64,000 nt of DNA from Deltaproteobacteria bacterium (GTDB taxonomy: Bacteria; Myxococcota; Myxococcia; Myxococcales; 40CM-4-68-19). The notes below the pieces were generated by a model. It did no database searches, was not told where the DNA came from, and was given only the letters and a program-made list of their open reading frames with translations. The position numbers and the translations under genes are program-made. Location of the stretch: assembly GCA_005879535.1 (NCBI GenBank), contig VBKI01000047.1:88731-152730 (forward strand), written 5' to 3'. Positions 39,661 through 49,381 of this stretch are shown in pieces; positions within the stretch are counted from its first letter, which is position 1; every line of letters begins with the position of its first letter.

Positions 39661-41943
39661 ATGCACCCGCGCCTCCGTCGCCAGCTCGCCTCGCTTCGCA
39701 CCGAGCTGCCGCCGGCGTTCCGTCAACTGATCGCCGCCATCGACGCCCATTACCGTGAATTCGACGCGGAGCGGGCGGAGCTGGAGGAGTCGCTCGCCTC
39801 GGTGACGGCACTGCTGCATCGCGCGCAGAGCCGCGCGGCGGCCGCGAGAGGGCGGAAGAACGAACGGCGGGAGAAGGCTGCCAAGGCGCAGCGGCGCCTC
39901 TCGCGCCTGCTCGAGAAGAGCCGGGTAGCCGTGTTCGAGCTCACCCCCGAGCTGCTGATCCGCATCGCGAACCCGGCGGCGGCGCGGCTCTGCGGCGCCG
40001 ACGCGGAAGAGTTGCCGGGCAAGCGCATCTTCGAGGTGCTCGAGCCGATCGGCGCGGAGGACCTGGCGTCGAAGTGGAGCGCGCCGCTGCGGCAGGGCGA
40101 GCCGGTGGCCCGCACGCTGGCGTGCTCGACCCGCGACGGCCGGTCGCTCGCGTGCGACTGGGTGTTCCTGCCCCGCGTCCGTCGCGACGGATCCGTCTCC
40201 CGGATCACGCTGGTGCTGCGCGACCAGACCGAGGCGGTGGAGAAGCACGACGCGGTCCGCGAGCGGGAGGACCGTCTCTCGGTTGCGCTCTCCAGCACGC
40301 CCGACGTGCTCTGGGACTGGGACCTTCGCGCGAACCGCCTCTACCTGTCCCCGCGCTGGCAACAGCTGGTGGGCGGTCCTCCGTCGGCTACCGGCAATCC
40401 GGGCGACTGGCTGGACCGCGTTCATCCCGAGGACGCCGCACCGCTGCGGGCGGCGCTCACCGCCCACATCGAAGGGCATACCGACTCGTTCGAGCACGAG
40501 CACCGCGTCCGCCACGCCGACGGCGACTGGCGCTGGGTGCTGGCGCGCGGGGCCGCCCGACGCGACGAGAAGGGAACAGCCGTTCGCGCCGCCGGGCTGA
40601 TGAACGACATCACCCGCCACCGCACGCTGGTGGAGCGGATGGCGCACGACGCCCGGCACGACGCGCTCACCGGGTTGCCGAACCGGACGTTGTTCCTCGA
40701 TCTGCTGCGCCACTCGTTCTATCGCACCCGGCGCCACGAGGATTACCGCTTCGCGGTGCTGTTCATCGACATCGACCGCTTCAAGATGGTGAACGACGCC
40801 TTCGGCCACGAGGCCGGCGATCAGCTCCTGCAGCAGATCGGACGGCGGCTGGAGTCCTGCCTGCGCGAAGGCGATACCCTCGCGCGGCACGGCGGCGACG
40901 AGTTCACCATGTGGCTCGACGACGTGCGCGGATCGGCGGACGCCGTGCGGGTGGCGGACCGCGTGCACGAGGTGATGCGGGAGCCCTTCGAGGTCGGCGG
41001 GCAGCGGGTCCAGTCCAGCGCGAGCATCGGCGTGGCGGTGGGATCGTCGCAGTACCAGAAGGCCGAGGACGTCCTGCGCGACGCGGACGTGGCCATGTAC
41101 CGGGCCAAGGCATTGGGCAAGGCGCGGACCGCGGTGTTTCAGCGGGAAGCCATCGAGGGCGCGCCTGCCCATGTGCAGATGGAGAGCGACTTGCGCAGCG
41201 CGCTGGTGCGCAACGAGCTCTGCGTCCACTACATGCCCATCGTCGACGTGATGACGGGCAAGGTCCGGGCGGTCGAGGCGCTCGCGCGCTGGCAGCATCC
41301 GCGGCTCGGGCTCGTGCCTCCCTCCAAGTTTCTCGGGCTGGCGCAAGAGGCGGGCCTGATCGTGTCCATCGATCAGTGGGTGCTGCAGACCGCGTCGCGG
41401 CAGCTCCAGGACTGGCGCCGGGACATCGCCACCGCCAACCGGCTGTCCATCTCGGTGAACTTCTCCCGCGATATCCTCGAGCAGGCCGACGTGGGCGCGC
41501 ACATCGATCGGGTCCTGCGCGAATCCCATCTGGTGCCGGCCGATCTGAACATGGACATCAACGAGAGCGTGCTGGCGCCCGACAACGGCATCGACAACCT
41601 CGCCGATCTCCACCAGCGTGGCCTCAAGTTGCACATGGACGACTTCGGCGTCGGGCAGGGCTGGCTGCGCCACCTGCACAAGATCGAGGTCGACACGATC
41701 AAGATGGACCGCTCCTTCCTCGCCGGCGGCGGGGATCGCGACCGGCAAGTGCTCGGACGCATCGTCCAGATCGCGCGCGATCTGGGAAAGACGGTGATCG
41801 CCGAGGGAGTGGAGACGAAGGAGCAGGCGCGCCTGGTGCGCGAGGTGGGTTGCTCGCTGGCCCAGGGCTTCTTCTTCAGCCCGCCGCTCGATCCGGCGAA
41901 GACGCGCACGCTGCTCCAGGGAGGCGTGCTCGACGTGGTGTGA
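39661..41943 (+). CDS. PAS-PAS-GGDEF-EAL signalling protein
   Basis: GGAG lies 8 nt upstream of the ATG at 39661. Two PAS-like modules are followed by ...DALTGLPNR..., an RxxD I-site (REGD) 5 residues before HGGDEF, and then an EAL domain (VEALARW, SVNFS, DINES, MDDFGVG, IKMDRS, AEGVET, QGFFFS). Confidence 0.9.
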   Translation: MHPRLRRQLASLRTELPPAFRQLIAAIDAHYREFDAERAELEESLASVTALLHRAQSRAAAARGRKNERREKAAKAQRRLSRLLEKSRVAVFELTPELLIRIANPAAARLCGADAEELPGKRIFEVLEPIGAEDLASKWSAPLRQGEPVARTLACSTRDGRSLACDWVFLPRVRRDGSVSRITLVLRDQTEAVEKHDAVREREDRLSVALSSTPDVLWDWDLRANRLYLSPRWQQLVGGPPSATGNPGDWLDRVHPEDAAPLRAALTAHIEGHTDSFEHEHRVRHADGDWRWVLARGAARRDEKGTAVRAAGLMNDITRHRTLVERMAHDARHDALTGLPNRTLFLDLLRHSFYRTRRHEDYRFAVLFIDIDRFKMVNDAFGHEAGDQLLQQIGRRLESCLREGDTLARHGGDEFTMWLDDVRGSADAVRVADRVHEVMREPFEVGGQRVQSSASIGVAVGSSQYQKAEDVLRDADVAMYRAKALGKARTAVFQREAIEGAPAHVQMESDLRSALVRNELCVHYMPIVDVMTGKVRAVEALARWQHPRLGLVPPSKFLGLAQEAGLIVSIDQWVLQTASRQLQDWRRDIATANRLSISVNFSRDILEQADVGAHIDRVLRESHLVPADLNMDINESVLAPDNGIDNLADLHQRGLKLHMDDFGVGQGWLRHLHKIEVDTIKMDRSFLAGGGDRDRQVLGRIVQIARDLGKTVIAEGVETKEQARLVREVGCSLAQGFFFSPPLDPAKTRTLLQGGVLDVV

Positions 41944-41950
41944 GGCCAAA

Positions 41951-43003
41951 ATGCGCTTCGCGATCGTGGCCTTCGATCTGTACGGGACGCTCCTCGACGT
42001 GAGCGGTCTTGCGAAGCGGCTGGAGCCGTTCGCCGGACCCGGTGCCGCCGATCTGCTCGCAAGCTGGCGAAGCGCCCAGCTCGAGCGGACCTGGCGGGAG
42101 AAGTCGTACGAACCGTTCGATGCGGTCACCGCGCGAGCGCTGGAAGAAGTCGCGCCCCGCCTCGATGCGAGCACCCGGCGGCGCATGTGCGAGACCTGGC
42201 TGTCGCTGCCGGCCTTTCCCGACGCGGGCGCCGCCCTCGAATCGCTGCACCGGGCGCGCGTCCGGCGCGCCATCCTCTCCAACGGGACGCCGGCGATGAT
42301 CCGCTCAGCGCTGGCAGCCGCGGATCTCGACGTCGACGAGGTGCTCAGCGCGGACGACGTGCGCGCGTACAAGCCGAAGCCGGCGGTCTACGGGCTTCTC
42401 GATCGGGAGCGGTCGCTGTTCGTCAGCGCCAACGGCTGGGACGCCGAAGGCGCCAAGCGCAGCGGGCTGAGCGTCGCCTGGATCGACCGCGGGACGCCAC
42501 CGCCGGCGGTGGCGCCCGACCTGCACGTGCATTCGCTGGCCGAGCTCGCGGCAGCCATCTGGCGCGACCAGGGCGTGCGGGTGGTGAAGGGCAGCGAGCT
42601 GGATCCCAACACGGCGCAGACCGAGGGCATGTCGAGGGCGGCAGCGATCGACCGTGCCCGGGCAGGGGCCGAAAAGATCTGGGCGGGCACCGTGACCATC
42701 CATGCGAACGCGAAGACCGGCGCGCACCATCACGGGCCCCTCGAGTCGGTGATCTACGTGGTTCGCGGCCGGGCCCGAATGCGCTGGGGAGAGAAGCTCG
42801 AGTACACCGCCGAAGCCGGACCGGGCGACTTCATCTACGTGCCGCCTTACGTTCCGCACCAGGAGATCAACGCCAGCCGCGATCAGCCGCTCGATTGCGT
42901 CGTCGTGCGCTCGGGACAGGAGCCCGTGGTGGTGAATCTGGACATCGCGCCGGCGGAGCCGCCGGAAGAAGTGAAGTGGATCGATTCGATCCACACCTCG
43001 TGA
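41951..43003 (+). CDS. HAD-superfamily haloacid-dehalogenase-type-II-like domain fused to a cupin domain
   Basis: N-terminal part: FAIVAFDLYGTLLDV...ILSNG...AYKPKPAVY...FVSANGWDAEGA (HAD motifs I-IV). C-terminal part: ...GAHHHGPLESVIYVVRGRARMRWGE...GDFIYVPPYVPHQE (cupin motifs). Confidence 0.8.
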   Translation: MRFAIVAFDLYGTLLDVSGLAKRLEPFAGPGAADLLASWRSAQLERTWREKSYEPFDAVTARALEEVAPRLDASTRRRMCETWLSLPAFPDAGAALESLHRARVRRAILSNGTPAMIRSALAAADLDVDEVLSADDVRAYKPKPAVYGLLDRERSLFVSANGWDAEGAKRSGLSVAWIDRGTPPPAVAPDLHVHSLAELAAAIWRDQGVRVVKGSELDPNTAQTEGMSRAAAIDRARAGAEKIWAGTVTIHANAKTGAHHHGPLESVIYVVRGRARMRWGEKLEYTAEAGPGDFIYVPPYVPHQEINASRDQPLDCVVVRSGQEPVVVNLDIAPAEPPEEVKWIDSIHTS

Positions 43004-43006
43004 CCT

Positions 43007-43888
43007 ATGCAGGGCGTCCTCGCACCGGTCCTCACGCCGTTCGATCGCGATCTGAACCCGGATGCGCCGCGGTTTGCGCGCTTCTGCCGGTCTCTGCTCG
43101 AAGAGGGCTGCGCCGGGCTGGCGCCGTTCGGCACCACCAGCGAGGCGAATTCGCTCTCGCTGGACGAGCGGGAGCGGCTGCTCGACGCCCTTCTCGATGC
43201 GGGCATTCCGGCGGAGAAGCTGATTGCAGGCACCGGCTGCTGCGCCCTGCCGGACACCGCGCGCCTGTCGCGCAAGGCGGCGCGCGCTGGTTGCGCCGGT
43301 GTGCTGATGCTTCCGCCGTTCTATTACAAGAACCTCACCGAAGAGGGACTCTTCCGGAGCTTCGCGCAAGCCATCGACCGCGCCGCAGAGCCGAAGCTGC
43401 GCGTGTACCTGTACCACATCCCGCAGGTCTCCCACGCCGGCATCCCGCTGCCGGTGATCGGGCGCCTGCTGAAGGCGTATCCGGGCATCGTCGTGGGGAT
43501 CAAGGACAGTTCCGGCGACTTCGAGAACACGCGCGCGATCCTGCGCGCCTTCCCCGGATTCGAGGTGTTCGTCGGAAGCGAGAAGTTCCTCCTCGCCAAC
43601 CTGCGCGAAGGGGGAGCAGGGTGCATCACGGCCACCGCCAACCTGAATGCCAGGGCCATCGCGCAGGCCTTCCGCGAGCGGACCGAGGAGCAGCAGCGCG
43701 AGATCGACGCCGTCCGCGCTGCGTTCGAGCGCTTCCCGCTGATCGCCGGTCTCAAGGAAGCCTTGGCCGCGCGCACGGGCGATCCGTCCTGGCGCGCGGT
43801 CCGGCCACCGCTGGTGGAGCTCACGCCGGAGCAGCGCGACGCCTTCAGCAGGGCGCTTTCTCTGCGTGAGGCAGCCGGAAGTCCCTGA
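43007..43888 (+). CDS. dihydrodipicolinate-synthase/N-acetylneuraminate-lyase family (class I aldolase)
   Basis: ...VLTPF...GTTSEANSLS...LYHIPQVS...VGIKDSSGD... contains the Schiff-base Lys in the IKDS context. Confidence 0.8.
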   Translation: MQGVLAPVLTPFDRDLNPDAPRFARFCRSLLEEGCAGLAPFGTTSEANSLSLDERERLLDALLDAGIPAEKLIAGTGCCALPDTARLSRKAARAGCAGVLMLPPFYYKNLTEEGLFRSFAQAIDRAAEPKLRVYLYHIPQVSHAGIPLPVIGRLLKAYPGIVVGIKDSSGDFENTRAILRAFPGFEVFVGSEKFLLANLREGGAGCITATANLNARAIAQAFRERTEEQQREIDAVRAAFERFPLIAGLKEALAARTGDPSWRAVRPPLVELTPEQRDAFSRALSLREAAGSP

Positions 43889-45479
43889 GCTGGTCGCGCA
43901 GCGCCGCCTTGAGGAACTTTCCCGTCGCCGTGCGCGGGATCTGCTGCAGGAACACGAACGCGTCCGGCAGCCAGAACTTCGCGAAGCGCGGCTCGAGCCA
44001 GGCGCGCAACTCTTCGTCGCTCGCCTTCGCTCCGTCCTTGAGGACGACGCAGGCCACGGGACGCTCCGACCATTTCTCGTGCGGTACCGCCACCACCGCC
44101 GCCTCCTTGACGGCCGGATGACCCATCAGGGCGTTCTCGACGTCGACCGAGCTGATCCACTCCCCGCCGCTCTTGATCAGGTCTTTCGAGCGGTCGGTGA
44201 TGCGCACGTATCCCTCGGGATCGATGGTCACCACGTCGCCGGTGCGGAACCAGCCGTCCGTCGTGAATTTGTCTTCCTCCGCCGGGTTCCGGAAGTAGGA
44301 GCGCGCTACGCACGGGCCGCGGACGTGCAACTCGCCCATCGATTTGCCGTCCCAGGGCACTTCGCCGCGATCGCCGACGGCGCGAATGTCGACGAACGGC
44401 ACCGCCGTCCCCTGCGTGGCCCGGAGGCGGAACCGCTCGGAATCGGGCAGCCGGGCCGCGCGGGGACCCGGCTTGCAGATGGTGCCGATGGGCGACATCT
44501 CGCTCATGCCCCAGGCGTGGATGACCCGGAGGCCATGCCGCTTCTCGAAGCCCTCGATCATCGCCTGCGGAGCGGCCGATCCGCCGACGATCATCGTGTG
44601 CAGCGCCTTCAGGTCCCACTTGCCCGGATTGCAGTCGAGCTGATCCAGGATGGCGAGCCAGACGGTGGGCACGCCGGCGGTCAGCGTCACTCCCTCGTCC
44701 GCGAGAAGGTTCAGGACGCTGACCGGATCGAGATGCGGCCCCGGGAAGACCTGCTTCGCGCCGACCATGGTCGCCGTGAACGGAAGGCCCCAGGCATTGA
44801 CATGGAACATTGGCACGACCGGCAGCACCACATCCGACTTCGCAAGCCCGATCGAGTCCTGCAGCGCCGACATCAGCGAGTGCACCACCAGCGCCCGATG
44901 GCTGTAGAGCACGCCCTTGGGATGTCCGGTCGTCCCGGAGGTGTAGCAGAGGCCGGCGGCGTCGTTCTCGTCGATGCGAGGAGGGGAAAAGTCCGGCCGC
45001 TCCGATTCGATCAGCTGTTCGTAGTCGATGGCGCCCTCCGGCGCCGGCTGGCCGTGTCCCCAGACGATGACGTGGCGCGGCTTCACCTCCGGACGGATGC
45101 GCTCCCACAGTCCCCACAGCACGTCGTCGACGATCACCACCGAATCGTCGGCGTGATTGATGATGTACGCGATGTCCTGCACGGAAAGCCGCGGGTTGAG
45201 CGTGTGCAGCACCCCGCCGCAGAGCGGAATCGCGAAGTAGGCCTCCAGATGGCGGCCGTGATTCCAGGCGAGGGTGGCGACGCGCTCGCCGGGTTTCACG
45301 CCCAGGCGCGTGAGCGCATTGGCGAGCTTCTGGGCGCGGCGGTGGAAGTCCCCGTAGGTGCTGCGCTGGATCGACTTGTCCGGCCTGCGCGAGACGATCT
45401 CGGTGGCGGCGAAGTACTTGCGCGCGCGATCGAAGAAGTGCACCAGCGTGAGCGGGTCCTGCATCATCAGTCCGTCCAT
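43845..45479 (-). CDS. AMP-forming fatty-acid--CoA ligase
   Basis: [12 protein letters not shown] (AMP-binding motif), ...FRTGDV..., ...SGGEWISS... The 3' end overlaps the convergent DapA-family gene by 44 nt. Confidence 0.9.
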   Translation of the reverse strand: MDGLMMQDPLTLVHFFDRARKYFAATEIVSRRPDKSIQRSTYGDFHRRAQKLANALTRLGVKPGERVATLAWNHGRHLEAYFAIPLCGGVLHTLNPRLSVQDIAYIINHADDSVVIVDDVLWGLWERIRPEVKPRHVIVWGHGQPAPEGAIDYEQLIESERPDFSPPRIDENDAAGLCYTSGTTGHPKGVLYSHRALVVHSLMSALQDSIGLAKSDVVLPVVPMFHVNAWGLPFTATMVGAKQVFPGPHLDPVSVLNLLADEGVTLTAGVPTVWLAILDQLDCNPGKWDLKALHTMIVGGSAAPQAMIEGFEKRHGLRVIHAWGMSEMSPIGTICKPGPRAARLPDSERFRLRATQGTAVPFVDIRAVGDRGEVPWDGKSMGELHVRGPCVARSYFRNPAEEDKFTTDGWFRTGDVVTIDPEGYVRITDRSKDLIKSGGEWISSVDVENALMGHPAVKEAAVVAVPHEKWSERPVACVVLKDGAKASDEELRAWLEPRFAKFWLPDAFVFLQQIPRTATGKFLKAALRDQLRDFRLPHAEKAPC

Positions 45480-45566
45480 GGCGCCTCCCGTCCGGGATCC
45501 GCGACTCTACACCCTTGAAATGCAGGGTGTCGTGGAGCGTAAGATGCGCGCCCTTCCGGAGACGAC

Positions 45567-48500
45567 ATGCTCCCTGCGCTCCTTCTCGCCGTCGCGATGT
45601 CCGCAGCCGCAACCCCCATGACCGTCGACGAAATCGTCGCCCGCCATCTCGAGGCGCGCGGTGGGGCCCAGAAGCTCGCGGCCGTGCAGAACCTCAAGGT
45701 CAGCGGCAAGGCGTTCTTCGGCGGCGACGACTTCACCATCACCGCCGAGTTCGCCCAGGTGCGCAAGCGGGCCAATCAGATCCGCACCGAGGTCACCCTC
45801 CAGGGACTGACGGGTATCGACGCGTACGACGGCCAGCAAAGCTGGAGCGTGGACCCCTTCCAGGGACGCAAGGATCCCTTCCGCACCACCGCCGACGAAG
45901 CGCGCGGGCTCGCGCAGGACGCCGACCTCGACGGCGCGCTGATCGGCTGGCGCGAGAAGGGAAACCAGGTCAGCTATCTCGGAACCGAGGACGTCGACGG
46001 GACGCCGGCGCACAAGCTCCGCATCGCGCTCAAGGACGGCGACGTGCAGTACGTCTACCTCGACCCCGACTATTTCCTCGAGATCCGCCGCGTGAGCGAG
46101 CGCCTGGTGCGCGGCTCGGAGCGGGTCACCGAGACCGACTATGGCGCGTACGCGCAGGTCAACGGCGTCTGGTTTCCCACCTCGGTGGAGTCGGGCCGCA
46201 AGGGCGCGCCGAAGACGCAGCGGTTCACGCTCGACAGCGTGGAGGTCAACGTCCCCGTCGAGGACGGGATCTTCCGCTTTCCCGCCGGGCCGGGAGCGCG
46301 CGCCATCGTTCCGCCGAAGAAGCCGGCGCCGCTGCTCGCCCAGGCGCCCGCGCCCAGGAGTGCGGCGAAGGCGCCGGCGATCGATTCCGGCGTCATCTCC
46401 GGATTGAACGCCCGCAACATCGGGTCGGCGACGATGAGCGGCCGCATCTCCGCCGTCGCCGGGAGAAACGTCGGGGGAAAGACCTTGCTGTTCGTGGGAG
46501 CGGCCAGCGGCGGGGTCTGGAAGAGCCAGGACGGCGGCACCACCTTCAAGCCCGTCTTCGACAAGCAGCCGGTGCAGTCGATCGGCGAGGTGCAGATCGA
46601 TCCCAAGAATACGCAGGTCATCTGGGTGGGAACGGGTGAATCGTGGACGCGCAATTCCGTCTCCATCGGCGATGGCATCTACAAGTCCGTCGACGGCGGC
46701 GAGAGCTGGAAGAACATGGGGCTCGGGAAGACGGAGCGGATCACGCGCATCGTCATCGATCCGCGCAACACCGATACCGTCTACGCCTGCGCGCCCGGGA
46801 AGCTGTGGAGCGACAGCCCGGATCGCGGCCTCTACAAGTCCACCGACGGGGGAAAGACCTGGGACCTGATCCTGACCGGGCCGAATCTCTCCACCGGCTG
46901 CAGCTCGGTCGCCATGGATCCCCGCAACCCGGACGTGCTCTTCGCCGCCCTCTGGGACTTCCGGCGCAAGGGGTGGACCTTCCGCTCCGGTGGCAACGGG
47001 GCGACCGCGGCGAGTGCCAGCGCGCTCTTCAAGTCGACCGACGGCGGGAGGAACTGGACGGAGGTCAAGGGTCTCGGCCCGAAGCCTTGGGGCCGGGTCG
47101 AGGTTGCGATCGCGCCTTCCAACTCGAGTGCCGTGTACGCGTTCGTGGAGTCCACCGCGTCCGCGCTGTGGCGCTCTTCCGACGGCGGCAACACCTGGGA
47201 CAAGCGCGACAACAGCCAATGGATGGTCTGGCGCCCCTTCTACTTCGCCCGGCTGATCATCGACCCCGCGAATCCAGAGCGCGTGTTCAAGACCGACGGC
47301 GCGCTCATCGCCAGCGACGACGGCGGCAAGAGCTTCACGCAGGTGGGCGGCTTCGGCGCCACGCATGGCGACTGGCACGACCTCTGGATCGACCCGCAGA
47401 ACCCCAAGCACATCGTCGGCGGCAACGACGGCGGAGTGTTCATCTCCTTCGACGGCGGAAACCGGTGGTGGAAGAACAACAACCTGCCGGTCTCGCAGTT
47501 CTACCATGTGGCCATCGACGACCGGGATCCGTACCGGGTGTACGGCGGCCTCCAGGACAACTCGAGCTGGGTAGCGCCGACGGCGTACGGCGGCGGCATC
47601 TCGAACGCCGTCTGGGAGAACCTGTACGGCGGCGACGGGTTCTGGACGGTCCCCGATCCCACCGATCCGGAAGCGGTCTATGCCGAGGCGCAGGGCGGGT
47701 ACATCGGTCGCGTCGATCGACGACTGCAGATCGCTCGCGACATCCAGCCGAAGGCGAACTACAAGGAACGGCTCCGCTACAACTGGAACACGCCCATCTA
47801 CGCGAGCCCCACCCAGAAGGCGACGCTCTACATCGGCGCGCAGGTCCTCTTCCGCTCGCGCGATCGCGGCGACAGCTGGGAGCGCATCTCGCCGGATCTG
47901 ACCTCCAACGATCCGGAGAAGAGGAGCACACCACGATCTACTCGATCAGCGAGTCGCGGTTCGACGCGAACACCATCTGGGTCGGCACGGACGATGGCAA
48001 CGTGCAGTTGACGCGCGACGGCGGAAAGACCTGGAACAACCTGGTGCGCAACGTGAAGGGGCTGCCGCCCGCGTCGTGGGTGAGCTGGGTGGAGGCGAGC
48101 CGCCACGATGCGGCTACCGCGTACGCCGCGTTCGACAGGCACACGTTCGGCGACATGGATCCCTGGGTGTACCGGACGACCGACTTCGGGAAGAGCTGGA
48201 CGCGTATTGTCGCGCCGGAGCAGGGCGTCAGGGGCTACGCGCACGTGGTGAAGGAGGACCTGATCCGCAAGGACCTCCTCTTCGTCGGCACCGAGCTCGG
48301 GCTCTGGATCTCGGTCGATGGAGCGAGGAGCTGGGCCGAGTTCAAGGGATCGGACTTCCCGGCGGTAGCGGTCCGCGATCTGCAGATCCATCCCCGCGAC
48401 GGCGACCTGATCATTGCCACGCACGGGCGCGGGATCTGGATCATCGACGATCTCGCTCCGCTGCGCGCATTCTCCCAGCAGACGCTTGCGCAAGAGGCGG

Positions 48501-49381
48501 CGTTCCTGCCTTGGCGAACTACGCAACAGCGGATCGCGGGGCAGGGGGGATGGGCGGAGGGCGACGCCACGTTCACCGGCCAGAACCCGGCGACCGGGGC
48601 GGTGATCAGCTACTACCAGCGGACCCGCCACCTGTTCGGGCCGATCAAGCTGGAGGTTCTGGACGCGCAAGGCAACGTCGTTGACACGATTCCCGCGTCG
48701 AAGCGGCGGGGGATCAACCGGGTCTCCTGGACGATGCAGGTCAAGCCGCCGCGGGTGCCGCGCGCCGCGGCGGTGGCGTTCGGCGGCTCGCAGGGTCCGC
48801 GCGTCGTGCCCGGGACGTATACGGTGCGGCTCACCAAGGGCACGCAGGTCTACCAGACGAGGCTCGACATCGGACTCGACCGGCGGGCGCCCTGGACGGT
48901 CGCCGACCGGCGGCAGCACTTCGAGGCGTCGATGAAGGCGCATGCGCTGTTCGGGGAGATGAGCGACCTGGTGGACGGGATCGATTCCGCCACCGTGGCG
49001 GTGGCGCAGAAGGTGAAGGCGCAGCCGCAGGATGCGCGGCTTCCGCCGCTTGGCGCGAAGCTGGAGGCGATGAAGAAGAAGATCGTGGCGACGAAGGAGG
49101 GGGGCGCGATCACCGGAGAAGAGAGGATCCGGGAGCACACAGACCATCTCTATTCGGCGCTCCTGTCGTGGGAGGGGAAGCCGGCGCGGTATCTGCTGGA
49201 GCGGACGGAGGCGTTGCGCAGGGAGCTCGCGGACGTGCGCGCGGAGTTCGATGCGGTGCAGCCGCAGATTCAGGCGATGCATCTGGAGCTTCGGCCTGTT
49301 CTTTTCGTGCCGCGGATGGCGTCGGCTTGCATCCATGACGGCGACGAGTGCCAGGGGTACCGGGAGACCAGCGCGCGGTAG
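45567..49381 (+). pseudogene. LolA-like N-terminal domain fused to a sortilin/VPS10-type BNR double-propeller protein, frameshifted
   Basis: ORF 45567..48011 has a signal peptide and a ~240-aa LolA-like module, followed by BNR motifs KSQDGGTTF, KSVDGGESW, KSTDGGKTW, KSTDGGRNW, RSSDGGNTW, ASDDGGKSF and RSRDRGDSW. It continues in ORF 46643..49381 (...EEHTTIYSISES...TRDGGKTW...TTDFGKSW...SVDGARSW...). The frames meet at about 47915-47925 (...SNDPEK / EEHTTIY). Roughly 15 residues that homologues, as I recall them, carry between these motifs are absent. Confidence 0.7.

Noticed and set aside
39655-42372. 905-aa antisense ORF opposite the GGDEF-EAL gene. Similar long antisense ORFs occur at 30981..33143, 45507..47507, 12578..14323, 47828..49543 and 2130..3890.
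   Set aside because: All are low-complexity R/G/A/P/H-rich translations opposite genes with clear family motifs. None has an independent motif.
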